64,000 bases of DNA from a virus (lineage: Duplodnaviria; Caudoviricetes), in the IMG/VR virus record IMGVR_UViG_3300042258_000071, positions 96,001-160,000 of that record, one strand, 5' to 3'. The notes below the pieces were generated by a model that was given only the letters and a program-made list of their open reading frames with translations, searched no databases and was not told the origin of the DNA. The number at the start of each line of letters is the position of its first letter. The first letter of the stretch is position 1. Shown piece after piece: positions 9,915-19,561 of this stretch. The position numbers were made by a program, and so were the translations under genes.

Positions 9915-10674
9915 GCACATACCTGACTTTATAGAAGAGATGGATCGATCCATCTCTTCTTTCTCACCTCTCAACAGTATGGAACATGTTTTTAAATCTA
10001 TCTGGTTAGAGCTCAGTAGTTTCTTAATGCATCCAACGCTTCTATCTGAAGAAATGTGCTATCATGATCTCAAGCATCCAGTGCAAATTCCAGGATACTC
10101 AGAGACCATAAATTACTTCTGCAAACACAATTATGGTACCACAGATCACTGTGCCACTTCTAAAAAAATAGAGGGGTTAAGACTTTACCCTACAACCCCC
10201 TCGGACATGCTTCAACATACTCTAGATTGGTTATATATCACACGTGAAATGTCTACTCTTAGATATCGACCTTCTACTTTAAATATTTTCAAATATCTTG
10301 GATACATCGCAATGCATCACAATAAGATCATGTATACACCCTTTAACCTTCCCTATTTTGAAGAAGGTAATTTTAAACGAAGTCTAAACGTACTCCCTCG
10401 TACAGCAGTTGGGTATCGTAAACGCATCATACACGTATCAACAAAATTAGAACGTGTTATCATCAACATCCCACGCCATGACGATGATGTCATAAAAACC
10501 TCGTACATATGTCTCGTCAGTGGATGGTGTTATATCTATCTGTGTTCTTTGTTAGAACGCGCTTATCGTTATGTAGGATATGTATCTGGTCCTAACAGAG
10601 TTCCGATTTCAAAATTTATCTCAACATTTGATCTCTTTACATCAACACTTGTTAAAGGGAACCACCTCCCATGA
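9868..10674 (+). CDS. Hypothetical protein (start uncertain, possibly 9940)
   Basis: Long ORF between the topoisomerase subunit genes. Confidence 0.6.
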   Translation: MINERTCSLTRPLEFEHIPDFIEEMDRSISSFSPLNSMEHVFKSIWLELSSFLMHPTLLSEEMCYHDLKHPVQIPGYSETINYFCKHNYGTTDHCATSKKIEGLRLYPTTPSDMLQHTLDWLYITREMSTLRYRPSTLNIFKYLGYIAMHHNKIMYTPFNLPYFEEGNFKRSLNVLPRTAVGYRKRIIHVSTKLERVIINIPRHDDDVIKTSYICLVSGWCYIYLCSLLERAYRYVGYVSGPNRVPISKFISTFDLFTSTLVKGNHLP

Positions 10675-11228
10675 GCACACTTCTGTTCACCAGAGAAGAT
10701 GTGAATAAATCCAGATCGAGCGAACTCATAAGACTCTTAAGAGTCATTGCGTATCGTCTGGGTATTGATAATTCAGCCTTTGCAAAACAGCATTATAACT
10801 GGTGTATGCGAGTTGGATATCAAAAATCAAAAACACAAGGCCTGTATAATAACCACCGGAGTATGGTGACATCGAATACAACGATGTCCATCAAGACCTT
10901 TTTCATATTCATTAAAGAGTGGATGAACTTCTCTATTGTTAGACTTTCAGTAACACTCCTCGATCCCGAGACTGGGAAGGAGATGGTTTTTCACAGTGAT
11001 GACATTGTCGATGATGATGATGCTGGAAGTCATAGTCCAACGAACCTTCCTGATATTGACATGGCGATTGATTTCGCAATTCGAAATGCTCCCGCATGTA
11101 AAAGTGCTGAGGAAAAGCAGTGGTTAATTGATCAGGTATTAAGATCACTCACAAAAGATACCTATAATGAGGCGATTAAACTATCTCCAGAAAAATGGGA
11201 AGTTGGAACGCCTCCTAAGGTTACATAA
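10671..11228 (+). CDS. Hypothetical protein
   Basis: ATGA overlap with the upstream ORF; AAGGG RBS. Confidence 0.7.
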   Translation: MSTLLFTREDVNKSRSSELIRLLRVIAYRLGIDNSAFAKQHYNWCMRVGYQKSKTQGLYNNHRSMVTSNTTMSIKTFFIFIKEWMNFSIVRLSVTLLDPETGKEMVFHSDDIVDDDDAGSHSPTNLPDIDMAIDFAIRNAPACKSAEEKQWLIDQVLRSLTKDTYNEAIKLSPEKWEVGTPPKVT

Positions 11229-11331
11229 GCTGCAATAACATTCAAATACGTGAGGACACTTTATAAGAGGAGTGTCCTCACCTCTTTTCATTAACACATT
11301 TTTGACCAAAATTAGACAATTGGGAAACCAC

Positions 11332-13575
11332 ATGAGTGATGTGCAGAAAACATATGAAGTTAAGAAGGCCATTGGAATCGATGCATCAGACCTCATTAGA
11401 GATCACCATATCGAATATGGAGAAGACATCTTTAAAAATCATTTCCCTCAAATAGGGGATGGTCTTAAAACTCTTTATCGAAGAATTCTTTGGGCACTTC
11501 AAGATACAGACGACTCAATTAAGGCTACTGCAGCCATTGCCTTAGTTATGAAATATCACCCTCATGGAGATACTTCTATTTATGATGGGATCGTTCGACT
11601 TGGAGCATATCTCCCTGATCCTAAAAACAAGTCGGCACCAAGAGAGGGTATCGTCTTTAATCCGCCACTTCTAAAAGCTATCGGTAATATGGCGGACCCA
11701 AATTTCTATGCAGCACCTCGATATACCAATGTTGCTATGGGGGAGTTTGGGAGAGATTTATTCTTTAAGGGGATTGAAAAGGCATCTATACCCATCACCC
11801 TTAATAGTGATGGATTTATCGAACCTCTATATCTCATCCCTGCTATACCTACAAATCTGTATTTTGGTAATACAACCGTCGGGTTCGGCCATGGATCTAA
11901 ACTTCCCCCTCGAAATTTTAATGAGGTGTGTGATCTTGCCATTGCATACTGTGATCATATTGGAAAGTTCGGGTTCGACATCCAGTACCCTTTTGAGATA
12001 GGGAAACATGCGTCCAAGCTTCTCCCAGATTTTTATATGGATAACGTCATTCTTAATGAAGACGCTCTTCTCAAAGCATATCGTCTCGGGGAATTCGATC
12101 ACGAGATCATATATACAGGATCAGTAATACTTACAAAAGATACGATTCATATTAAATCTCTCCCATATGGATCTTCAAAAAGTGCGTATGAGAAGTTGCA
12201 AGCCCTTCTCTTAGATCGAAAAATGAAGAACTCTTTTCTAGATCAAAACATCACAGATATCATGGACGAACCTGATCGGGCAACTGTGTATCTTAAGAAG
12301 AACAGTGTGTCAGTATTTGAAGTATGGCATGCTCTAAAACAACACATCGAATTTACAACAAGCTTCCATCCGAATTATAACTATTGTACTCCAAATGGTC
12401 ATCTCAATATAGATGTGGATGTTAACGTTCTTCTAGAGGTTTGGTATAAACGAAGAAGCTCTCTCATCTTAGGGACTAAAAGGAGACAACTCGAAAGACT
12501 TGCAAAAGCGATCCGTATTGTCGATGCACGATTGAACATTATCGAAAATACGGATAAAGCACTTAGGATCATTCGAAATAATGACATGGATAATGCTATT
12601 CAACTCCTTATGAAAAGTTTTAAACTATCATACTCTCAAGCAGACTACATCGTCACATCACGACTATCCATATTAACTAAGACGGGTCGTCAAGAACTCT
12701 TAGATGAACATGTTCGTCTTAAAGAGAAATTTAAAGAATTACAAGACAGTTTTCATCTCATCCCTAAAGAGATTATCTCAGATATTCTAGATCTTAAAAA
12801 GAAGTATCATCGAACGCGAATTACAAAAGTCCCTCATTATGTTGGATGTGTGAAACTAGGCTCTGGATATGCCCAAATAAGTGACTTTTCAGAGCTTGAA
12901 ACTCTTCTTTTAGACTTCCCCCGGGTACCTACCCAGGTCATCGATTATCAGCATAATAACGTCATGGTGATCGATCGAAAAGGGCGAGTCTTACAGAACC
13001 CAAAAGAGAAGTATGGTGAAGGAGATATCTATCTCACACCCCCATCTTTTCCTCATACAGTTCACCTGGCTCCAGATAAGACAGGTATGTGTGTAAAAGG
13101 TATTGTTCCTTATAGTGGGAGTGGAAAACTCTTCTATGCATCTCTTAGATCTAAAATTGTTTATAAAGATGGTTGGGTTAAATCTGAGAAAATCACGGAC
13201 GTTCTAAGTGTTCGTAAAACCATCTCTCGGGGGGCGAAGACAGATATCATTGCTGTGTATCCTAATTATCTTAAAGAACATTTTATCGTGATTGTAAGTG
13301 ATAAAGATTTAAATGTCCTAACCTTATATCGCGTTCCTGAAGGCTCTGAAGCAAAACTTGTCATGAACCAAGTTGGCATGAAGCACGTTATTGCACATGA
13401 GACCGGTAAAGACTGGTATTTAGACATCCCTGATAAGTATCTAACGCGAGGGAATGTAAGACTGTTTAACATCATTGATGCTCATGAATTACTTGGTACC
13501 AACAATCGTACCCGGATTGAAGTCACTGCTTCTAAATGGAGACGACATTCTCTTTTTAATGTCATCTCATACTAA
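11332..13575 (+). CDS. gyrA: Type IIA topoisomerase subunit A (GyrA/ParC-like)
   Basis: DGLKTLYRRIL, KYHPHGDTSIY, catalytic Tyr in AAPRYT, PPRNFNEV, QADYI; start placed at ATG 11332 (MSDVQ). Confidence 0.92.
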   Translation: MSDVQKTYEVKKAIGIDASDLIRDHHIEYGEDIFKNHFPQIGDGLKTLYRRILWALQDTDDSIKATAAIALVMKYHPHGDTSIYDGIVRLGAYLPDPKNKSAPREGIVFNPPLLKAIGNMADPNFYAAPRYTNVAMGEFGRDLFFKGIEKASIPITLNSDGFIEPLYLIPAIPTNLYFGNTTVGFGHGSKLPPRNFNEVCDLAIAYCDHIGKFGFDIQYPFEIGKHASKLLPDFYMDNVILNEDALLKAYRLGEFDHEIIYTGSVILTKDTIHIKSLPYGSSKSAYEKLQALLLDRKMKNSFLDQNITDIMDEPDRATVYLKKNSVSVFEVWHALKQHIEFTTSFHPNYNYCTPNGHLNIDVDVNVLLEVWYKRRSSLILGTKRRQLERLAKAIRIVDARLNIIENTDKALRIIRNNDMDNAIQLLMKSFKLSYSQADYIVTSRLSILTKTGRQELLDEHVRLKEKFKELQDSFHLIPKEIISDILDLKKKYHRTRITKVPHYVGCVKLGSGYAQISDFSELETLLLDFPRVPTQVIDYQHNNVMVIDRKGRVLQNPKEKYGEGDIYLTPPSFPHTVHLAPDKTGMCVKGIVPYSGSGKLFYASLRSKIVYKDGWVKSEKITDVLSVRKTISRGAKTDIIAVYPNYLKEHFIVIVSDKDLNVLTLYRVPEGSEAKLVMNQVGMKHVIAHETGKDWYLDIPDKYLTRGNVRLFNIIDAHELLGTNNRTRIEVTASKWRRHSLFNVISY

Positions 13576-13582
13576 CCTTAGT

Positions 13583-13608
13583 ATAGGAGTGGGTTAACCC
13601 ACTCCTAT
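13583..13608. terminator. Perfect palindrome followed by T-run
   Basis: ATAGGAGTGGGTTAACCCACTCCTAT then T8. Confidence 0.85.
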
Positions 13609-13660
13609 CTTATTTTTTTTCAATGGTATGTACTTTAACACTTTAAAGGATTGATTTGCC

Positions 13661-14167
13661 ATGAGTGTTACTATAGGACTATGGGTTCTTACAATTCTAA
13701 TATCGGGTACGCTGTATCGCATCCCTCGTGGAGGTGGACTTGGACCTGGTAAATCTTTTGAAGGTGCTCTTATTTGGGCACTGACATCAGCCCTTCTTAT
13801 GTGGGTAACTCTCAGTGCACTGAACTGGTGGATGATCCCTGTTATTGTAGTCCTTATGATGTTTGGGGAAGCCCCTGGGTGGAGTCAGTGGTGGCCAAAC
13901 TCTCCTACCGCTTCTAAGGTTCGACTCTCATTGCGAGGAATGCTTCTCCTTAATCCCCTAATGGGGCCCATTTATTTTTATTTTTATGAACAAAGAGAGC
14001 GCCTTCCTCTTAATAGTGGATTTTTTGATGGATGGACGGGGTGGTCTGAAATTGTATCTGGTATGGTTACTATTACAGGTTATCTTATTTTGTTTAGTTT
14101 CTATAAAGAAGAGTATGTTTATACTTGGATCATTAAGCCTCTTCAGTCTTCATTTTTAATGTTTTAA
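13661..14167 (+). CDS. Multi-pass membrane protein
   Basis: About four hydrophobic segments; AAGGA RBS. Confidence 0.7.
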   Translation: MSVTIGLWVLTILISGTLYRIPRGGGLGPGKSFEGALIWALTSALLMWVTLSALNWWMIPVIVVLMMFGEAPGWSQWWPNSPTASKVRLSLRGMLLLNPLMGPIYFYFYEQRERLPLNSGFFDGWTGWSEIVSGMVTITGYLILFSFYKEEYVYTWIIKPLQSSFLMF

Positions 14168-14181
14168 TATAACAACGAGAG

Positions 14182-14211
14182 GATAAGGGGTAGCATATGC
14201 TACCCCTTATC
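14182..14211. terminator. Perfect palindrome, terminator
   Basis: GATAAGGGGTAGCATATGCTACCCCTTATC. Confidence 0.75.
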
Positions 14212-14255
14212 TTTATAGTGCCTGTTGGTGATGGTATAGTTTATACAGATTTTAC

Positions 14256-14939
14256 ATGAAAGTGATTGGTATGACCCCTAAACGTAAAAAAGTTCAAGAT
14301 CGTATTTTACAGATTGTTAAAACTGCAGATCCTACAGGGCTCAATGCACAGCGATATGAGAAGTTATTTGATAGGTTAGATGATAAACAATTCCACCATT
14401 GGATGGAAGAATTAAGAGTGAATAAAAATAATCGAAAATTAACGCTGTTTGCACCAAATCTTAAAAATAATCTGAAGGTAGATAATTTACTAAAAGCTGC
14501 AGATGCATTGAATCTTAAATTGTTTGAACGTGTTAGGATTTATGATGCTGTCTCCAAACGTTACTTTTTAACACCTGTAGAATATCTCATATTGGATCTC
14601 CCCGTTCGGAGACTTAAACAATCTCTTGAAGACAAGATGTCGATTCCAACTTCAGATCGAAGAACTTCACAGTTGACAGGTCAGGTCATAAAGCCAGATG
14701 CGTCATCATCGGTCTCGATGGTTGAACAACAGATTATGGTTTCTAAAGGCCTTATTAAAGTTGCAACAGAACTTGGGAACATTCGAGGGGGTAACATTGA
14801 AGGGTATGCCTCTTTTGTATCGGATATCGAAAATACCGGGACAGGTAATTTATCAGAAGTAGATCCTTCCACACGACCAAGGTCTGCCGATACTGTAAGA
14901 AGCCTCTTCCTCGCCATGCATCTCGATAATAATCTTTAA
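14256..14939 (+). CDS. Virion RNA polymerase small subunit, beta C-terminal fragment (phiKZ gp176-like)
   Basis: LPVRRLKQSLEDKMSIP...SQLTGQV...SSVSMVEQQI parallels the beta C-terminus (KLxHLVDDK...LVTQQP...RFGEME). Confidence 0.75.
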   Translation: MKVIGMTPKRKKVQDRILQIVKTADPTGLNAQRYEKLFDRLDDKQFHHWMEELRVNKNNRKLTLFAPNLKNNLKVDNLLKAADALNLKLFERVRIYDAVSKRYFLTPVEYLILDLPVRRLKQSLEDKMSIPTSDRRTSQLTGQVIKPDASSSVSMVEQQIMVSKGLIKVATELGNIRGGNIEGYASFVSDIENTGTGNLSEVDPSTRPRSADTVRSLFLAMHLDNNL

Positions 14940-14954
14940 AGGTGTAAATGTATC

Positions 14955-16625
14955 ATGAGTTTATTTGACAGAACACTCATCGGATCAACGACGTCATCCC
15001 CTTCTCTTGCAGCAACACCTTATGTTACGAAGAACTTTCCAAGTAGAGCAACTAAGATTATAAAAATGGCACAACGTGTTGGACGGGCAGTCCCTAACAC
15101 GACGGCAGAATTAGAAGACCTCATAAAGTTAAATCAGGACATGGATGCCCAGGCGTCAGCATTAGTACCGACACCTTATATTCTAAAGAATTTTCCTAAT
15201 AGGGCAGATAAGATTGTAAAGATGGCCCAGCGTGTTGGGTCATCAGTTCCTACTACAACAGCTGAACTTGAAGAACTTATACGCTTAAACAAAGAGAAAG
15301 ATGCTCAAGCTGCTGCCACCCTTGGATCATCAACACCTTCAAGTTCAGCAACTGCTGCATCCGTTGCAAATGGATCTGGGTCAGACTTGGGAACAAGTAT
15401 ATTCTCATCTGCATCTGCAAGTCGAACCACTTCTTCAACCTCTCCTCAGATTTCAAAAACATCTAAAGATCCAGTCTTTCAAGCTTTTAATACAAAAGCT
15501 AAAACAGCAGCATCCGCTTTTTCCACCAATTCTACAACAGGGGGTGTTGACCCTCTAAAGCCTGGAACGACATATGCTAAAACCGTACTCTCAGCAGATC
15601 AATTTGAGAAGCTAGCAACCATTGCAGCGCGTCTCGGTAAGGGTGGGGATGTTAATACTGCTCGAGGGGTATCAGACGTTTTATCCTTTGCAGGGGATCT
15701 TGTAAAAACACAAACCTTCACACCTGAATTCTTATCTTCTGGTAAAGGACCTTTTGAACAAGCAGAAGCTTATGTTAATACACTTGTTGATGATATCGAA
15801 GTCCCAGAGTCTCTTAAGAAAGTTGGACAGTTTATAACCAAGTCTATCAATTCTCATGGATCCCTTGTTGGTGCTGCAAATGACATTATTGAAAAAGGTG
15901 TTACAGAGGGACTTCCTTTAATTGCAGATGAATTTGGGAAAGCGATTCCTAATATTCCAATTAATTTAGATCCTAATGTTTTAAACGCTCTAAAAGGGAT
16001 CGCATCCGCTACTCTCGGTATTGCTACAGATGCGATGTGCAGTAATGCATATCCTTATGGGTATAATCAAAATTTATTCAATTCTCTTTTAGGATTTACA
16101 GCGTCTGAGGGGATCTTATGTATGCTCATGGGGTTTCTTCAAACAAATCATTTTAATGCAACCTCTCGAAATATCCTTAGGAATAACTCATGGGATATCT
16201 CAAACAAAGGTATGGCATCCATTCTTAATGCTGTTGCGATCTCAGTCGGACCAGGTACTCTTAAGAATAGCCTTGGGATGGCTACGAATATCGTGAGAAA
16301 AGGATATACGTCGTATGATGCTGCTGAAATTGCAGATACGATCGACACTCTAGGGTTAGAAGTGAAAACGGTTTTTGCCCATCAAAATAAAACAATCCCT
16401 CACACGATCTGGAATCCAGATAAGATCAATGCTGCAAATAGTTCTACTGTAGATCATCTCACACAAGAAGAGTTTTCAGTCTTGATGAATGAGTCTCGGG
16501 AGTTAGAAATCCCTGGTACTGACCTACCATGGAATACTCCTTCATCAGGATCTTCAAATATTGACAATCTTCCTTGGTTAGAAGCCTCCTCAACGGTTAC
16601 AGATCTTCCTTGGTTAAAATCATAA
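14955..16625 (+). CDS. Probable virion structural protein with internal repeats
   Basis: 556 aa; two 52-aa N-terminal repeats, S/T-rich linker, C-terminal (D/N)LPW x3. Confidence 0.6.
   Translation: MSLFDRTLIGSTTSSPSLAATPYVTKNFPSRATKIIKMAQRVGRAVPNTTAELEDLIKLNQDMDAQASALVPTPYILKNFPNRADKIVKMAQRVGSSVPTTTAELEELIRLNKEKDAQAAATLGSSTPSSSATAASVANGSGSDLGTSIFSSASASRTTSSTSPQISKTSKDPVFQAFNTKAKTAASAFSTNSTTGGVDPLKPGTTYAKTVLSADQFEKLATIAARLGKGGDVNTARGVSDVLSFAGDLVKTQTFTPEFLSSGKGPFEQAEAYVNTLVDDIEVPESLKKVGQFITKSINSHGSLVGAANDIIEKGVTEGLPLIADEFGKAIPNIPINLDPNVLNALKGIASATLGIATDAMCSNAYPYGYNQNLFNSLLGFTASEGILCMLMGFLQTNHFNATSRNILRNNSWDISNKGMASILNAVAISVGPGTLKNSLGMATNIVRKGYTSYDAAEIADTIDTLGLEVKTVFAHQNKTIPHTIWNPDKINAANSSTVDHLTQEEFSVLMNESRELEIPGTDLPWNTPSSGSSNIDNLPWLEASSTVTDLPWLKS
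15015..15326 (+). repeat. Tandem 156-nt (52-aa) intragenic duplication
   Basis: TPYVTKNFPSRATKIIKMAQRVG...AQA versus TPYILKNFPNRADKIVKMAQRVG...AQA. Confidence 0.9.
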
Positions 16626-16632
16626 TTTAGAG

Positions 16633-16664
16633 ATAAGAGAGTGGGGATCTCCCCACTCTCTTAT
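16633..16664. terminator. Inverted-repeat terminator
   Basis: ATAAGAGAGTGGGGA-TC-TCCCCACTCTCTTAT. Confidence 0.8.
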
Positions 16665-16729
16665 TTATATATCTATATGAATGAATACGGTATGTATGTG
16701 TTCTAGGAAAGTCATACCGTTCTAAGATA

Positions 16730-16744
16730 TATATTACTCCATTG
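16730..16744 (+). promoter_or_regulatory. Early (virion RNAP) promoter
   Basis: TATATTAC-tccat-TG; TATATTAC is the described phiKZ early consensus; lies upstream of the non-virion RNAP operon. Confidence 0.75.
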
Positions 16745-16788
16745 ACTGTGTAAAGTCGGAATTGTTTACAGTGTTGGAGTAAGACCTT

Positions 16789-17949
16789 ATGCGAGCATTT
16801 GGGTTGATTGATCTTAATGAATTTGACGATGTTGAACGTATTTTTATGGATAATGCAAATCAAAATATTAAAACAGATGCAGACGACTATCATTCGGAAT
16901 ATTCAATTAGAAATGAAACTGAAGAAGCAATTTATGTCAGAGACTCTTCTAATGTAAAAACAATTGTACGACCGTTCTATCCGTGGAGATCAGATGGGAG
17001 GGTTGTTATTCAGGTCTATACGACACGTAATCGTACAGGAGGCCCTGAAACTTTATCTCGGAATCCAGGTGGGAAGTGTGGTGAGTATCTCACTATAAAT
17101 ATTCAACAAAAGGATCTTTTAGAAGGCCCTATTTATGTCAAAGAAATTGATAAAATTATTTCACTTAAAGAATTTGAAAACACCGGACATCATCCTTTCG
17201 CAGAAGGTGCTGAAGAAAAATTCTTCGAGCATTTTTCGTCAAATTATTACAATAGGGCTATTTATGAGTCCACACCTTTCCAAGTTTATATTAATGATCC
17301 TTTTCGGAAATATACAGAATTTTATTTTGCGATTGGGGATGAGATTGTATCCATTCCAGTGACCCATCACCCAGAGCATTGTGCAAAACATGAATTCTCA
17401 ATACACTATCATAAAGGGACGGCAGATAAGAGAACGTGTCGGACACGCATCTATTCTTTTAAAGATTTAATTGAACTAAGTGGAAGTGAAGATTTCTGGG
17501 TGGTTGATGGGATCTCTTTCTCTCATAATAAAAGTATCTTAAGAAAAACACTTTTAGAACGTAAGAAGGAACAAGAAGAGCAGTTTATTGAAGAGATTCG
17601 ATATTCACCCTATGACCTAAGTACGATGATTAAACGCGATCTACATGAAAAAGAACTTTCTAAAAAAGATGAAGAATATAAAGATGCCCTTAAACTTTCA
17701 AAAGCATCAGAAGAAACTTGTAAATCAGAAATTAAACGTATAACCCAACTTGCAAAAACCAAGGATGATCATCTTAAAAGAGTCATAGCTGAATATGAAG
17801 ATAAGAGAACTGCTGAAAAATTAGAATGGGATTATAAAGCTTCTAAACTTAAAGAAATTACAAGAAGACAGGATCTGCTCCTTAAAACAGTAACCACCAT
17901 AAGCACTCTTGCCTTGATCTTTATAAAGTTTTTCCCTAAGAAGGCATGA
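16789..17949 (+). CDS. Conserved hypothetical protein with C-terminal coiled coil and hydrophobic tail (phiKZ gp122-like position)
   Basis: Directly upstream of the nvRNAP beta gene; coiled-coil then TVTTISTLALIFIKFF. Confidence 0.6.
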   Translation: MRAFGLIDLNEFDDVERIFMDNANQNIKTDADDYHSEYSIRNETEEAIYVRDSSNVKTIVRPFYPWRSDGRVVIQVYTTRNRTGGPETLSRNPGGKCGEYLTINIQQKDLLEGPIYVKEIDKIISLKEFENTGHHPFAEGAEEKFFEHFSSNYYNRAIYESTPFQVYINDPFRKYTEFYFAIGDEIVSIPVTHHPEHCAKHEFSIHYHKGTADKRTCRTRIYSFKDLIELSGSEDFWVVDGISFSHNKSILRKTLLERKKEQEEQFIEEIRYSPYDLSTMIKRDLHEKELSKKDEEYKDALKLSKASEETCKSEIKRITQLAKTKDDHLKRVIAEYEDKRTAEKLEWDYKASKLKEITRRQDLLLKTVTTISTLALIFIKFFPKKA

Positions 17950-17974
17950 GGCTAAACGTAGAAGGATAAGCTAT

Positions 17975-19528
17975 ATGGATGACATCATCAGAGCTGTTGG
18001 TGAGGCCCTTCCTACCTACAATAAATATCTCCTTATAGATTACCCTGAACAGCAAGTTTCCTCTATGAGAGGGTTCATTGAGGATACATTCAAAGAGGCC
18101 ATCCGTCGTTTTGATGGCATGGTGATCTATCGAGGCTGTCGTACTTTATCTCCTAAAGAGCGTGTCCTCTATGAAGTGAGTGGACCTCGAAGATCGGGTG
18201 CAAAGATTTCTAAATCTGAATTAGAATTGTTTGCTTTTGATTTTGAAATGGATGGGATTATTCATACCACCCATCAATATGTTCCTTATCTAAAAGAAAA
18301 TCAGTTAATCATCAGAGACACTCAATATGGCTTCATGTATGCCATAACTGAAAAAGTGTTCTCACGGATTGACAATGGGATCATGGTGAGAGTCATTCAA
18401 AAACCTCTCCCCTTTTGGAGGTCTCGACATTTCACCTTAAAATCTCTTACATCAAAACTTCTCTACAATGAATTTATTGTTGATACGCAAATTCATGCTA
18501 AGAAACCAAGAAAAGGGATAAGCACGACAGTTGTCCATTATCTGCTCTGTAAGTTTGGATTTCCAGGCGTACTACAACGTTTTGGAATGGACATGGATGA
18601 CATGCATTTCTCTAAAACCATCGATCCTTTAGATATGAAAGATTACGAATATTTTTATGCTAAATACATTAAGGTTCCTGAGAAAAGAGATGAGGATAAA
18701 AATCCGATATATCTGAAAGTTAAACGGCACATCTTTGACGATCCAACCCGTCGGAAATTTGTTGCCAATATCTTGTATATCACCTCAAAGTGGGAGCATC
18801 TAGATGTTGACGAATTACACAGTCCGTCCACATCAGATTGGCTTGTGATGCTAGGGGAAATACTCTACCCCTCAGTTGCAAAATTAATTGCAGAAAATCA
18901 CGCCATCACTCACATTGAGAGCATTGACCTCTTCTTAGACTCTATTGTAAAATCTCGACTAGAAGCATTTGGCGTTCGAGTTGAGTCTATTTATGATCTT
19001 CTTCAATATATATTTTGTGAGATTGATAACTTGCTTGTTAGTATGATCCATCAAAATCTGTATGATAAGCGCCTTGCTATTGTTGATGATTTCTTAATCA
19101 AATCTTTTGTTACAACAATCTTTAAGCGCGCCTATGTAAGTTCTCAGAAACTTGATCGGTTCAAATCAGACAGTCTTAAGAAGTATTGTAATATTCCAGC
19201 ATATGATTCTGTTCGGAACCTTGGGGGTATTGCTAATATATCCATGATTGGAACCTCCATCATTAATGCCAACATGTTACTATCTTTCTCTACACGGAAG
19301 ATTCGTATGAATGGTGCCCTTAGAAATCCCTCTCCTAATCTCAAAGCACGCGATGCGCGCTTCCATGGAAGCATTCCTGTGGTTGAAACAATGGTGGGGT
19401 TCTCAGGTAAATCACCTGGGATTACAGGAACCATAAATCCTTTCTTGACCATCTCAGAAGATGGATCAATTATCATTCCTGACTATGCTGAAGATATAAA
19501 CAAAATATCTGAATACCTCCCCTATTAA
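17975..19528 (+). CDS. Non-virion RNA polymerase beta subunit, N-terminal part (phiKZ gp123-like)
   Basis: YRGCRTLSPKE, YVPYL...IIRDTQY, HYLLCKFG, LYDKRL, C-terminal HGSIPVVET...KSPGITGTINPF resembling the beta fork/ETPEG region. Confidence 0.8.
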   Translation: MDDIIRAVGEALPTYNKYLLIDYPEQQVSSMRGFIEDTFKEAIRRFDGMVIYRGCRTLSPKERVLYEVSGPRRSGAKISKSELELFAFDFEMDGIIHTTHQYVPYLKENQLIIRDTQYGFMYAITEKVFSRIDNGIMVRVIQKPLPFWRSRHFTLKSLTSKLLYNEFIVDTQIHAKKPRKGISTTVVHYLLCKFGFPGVLQRFGMDMDDMHFSKTIDPLDMKDYEYFYAKYIKVPEKRDEDKNPIYLKVKRHIFDDPTRRKFVANILYITSKWEHLDVDELHSPSTSDWLVMLGEILYPSVAKLIAENHAITHIESIDLFLDSIVKSRLEAFGVRVESIYDLLQYIFCEIDNLLVSMIHQNLYDKRLAIVDDFLIKSFVTTIFKRAYVSSQKLDRFKSDSLKKYCNIPAYDSVRNLGGIANISMIGTSIINANMLLSFSTRKIRMNGALRNPSPNLKARDARFHGSIPVVETMVGFSGKSPGITGTINPFLTISEDGSIIIPDYAEDINKISEYLPY

Positions 19529-19561
19529 AAATAACCCAATCCCCAACAAAAGAAGGTTTGG

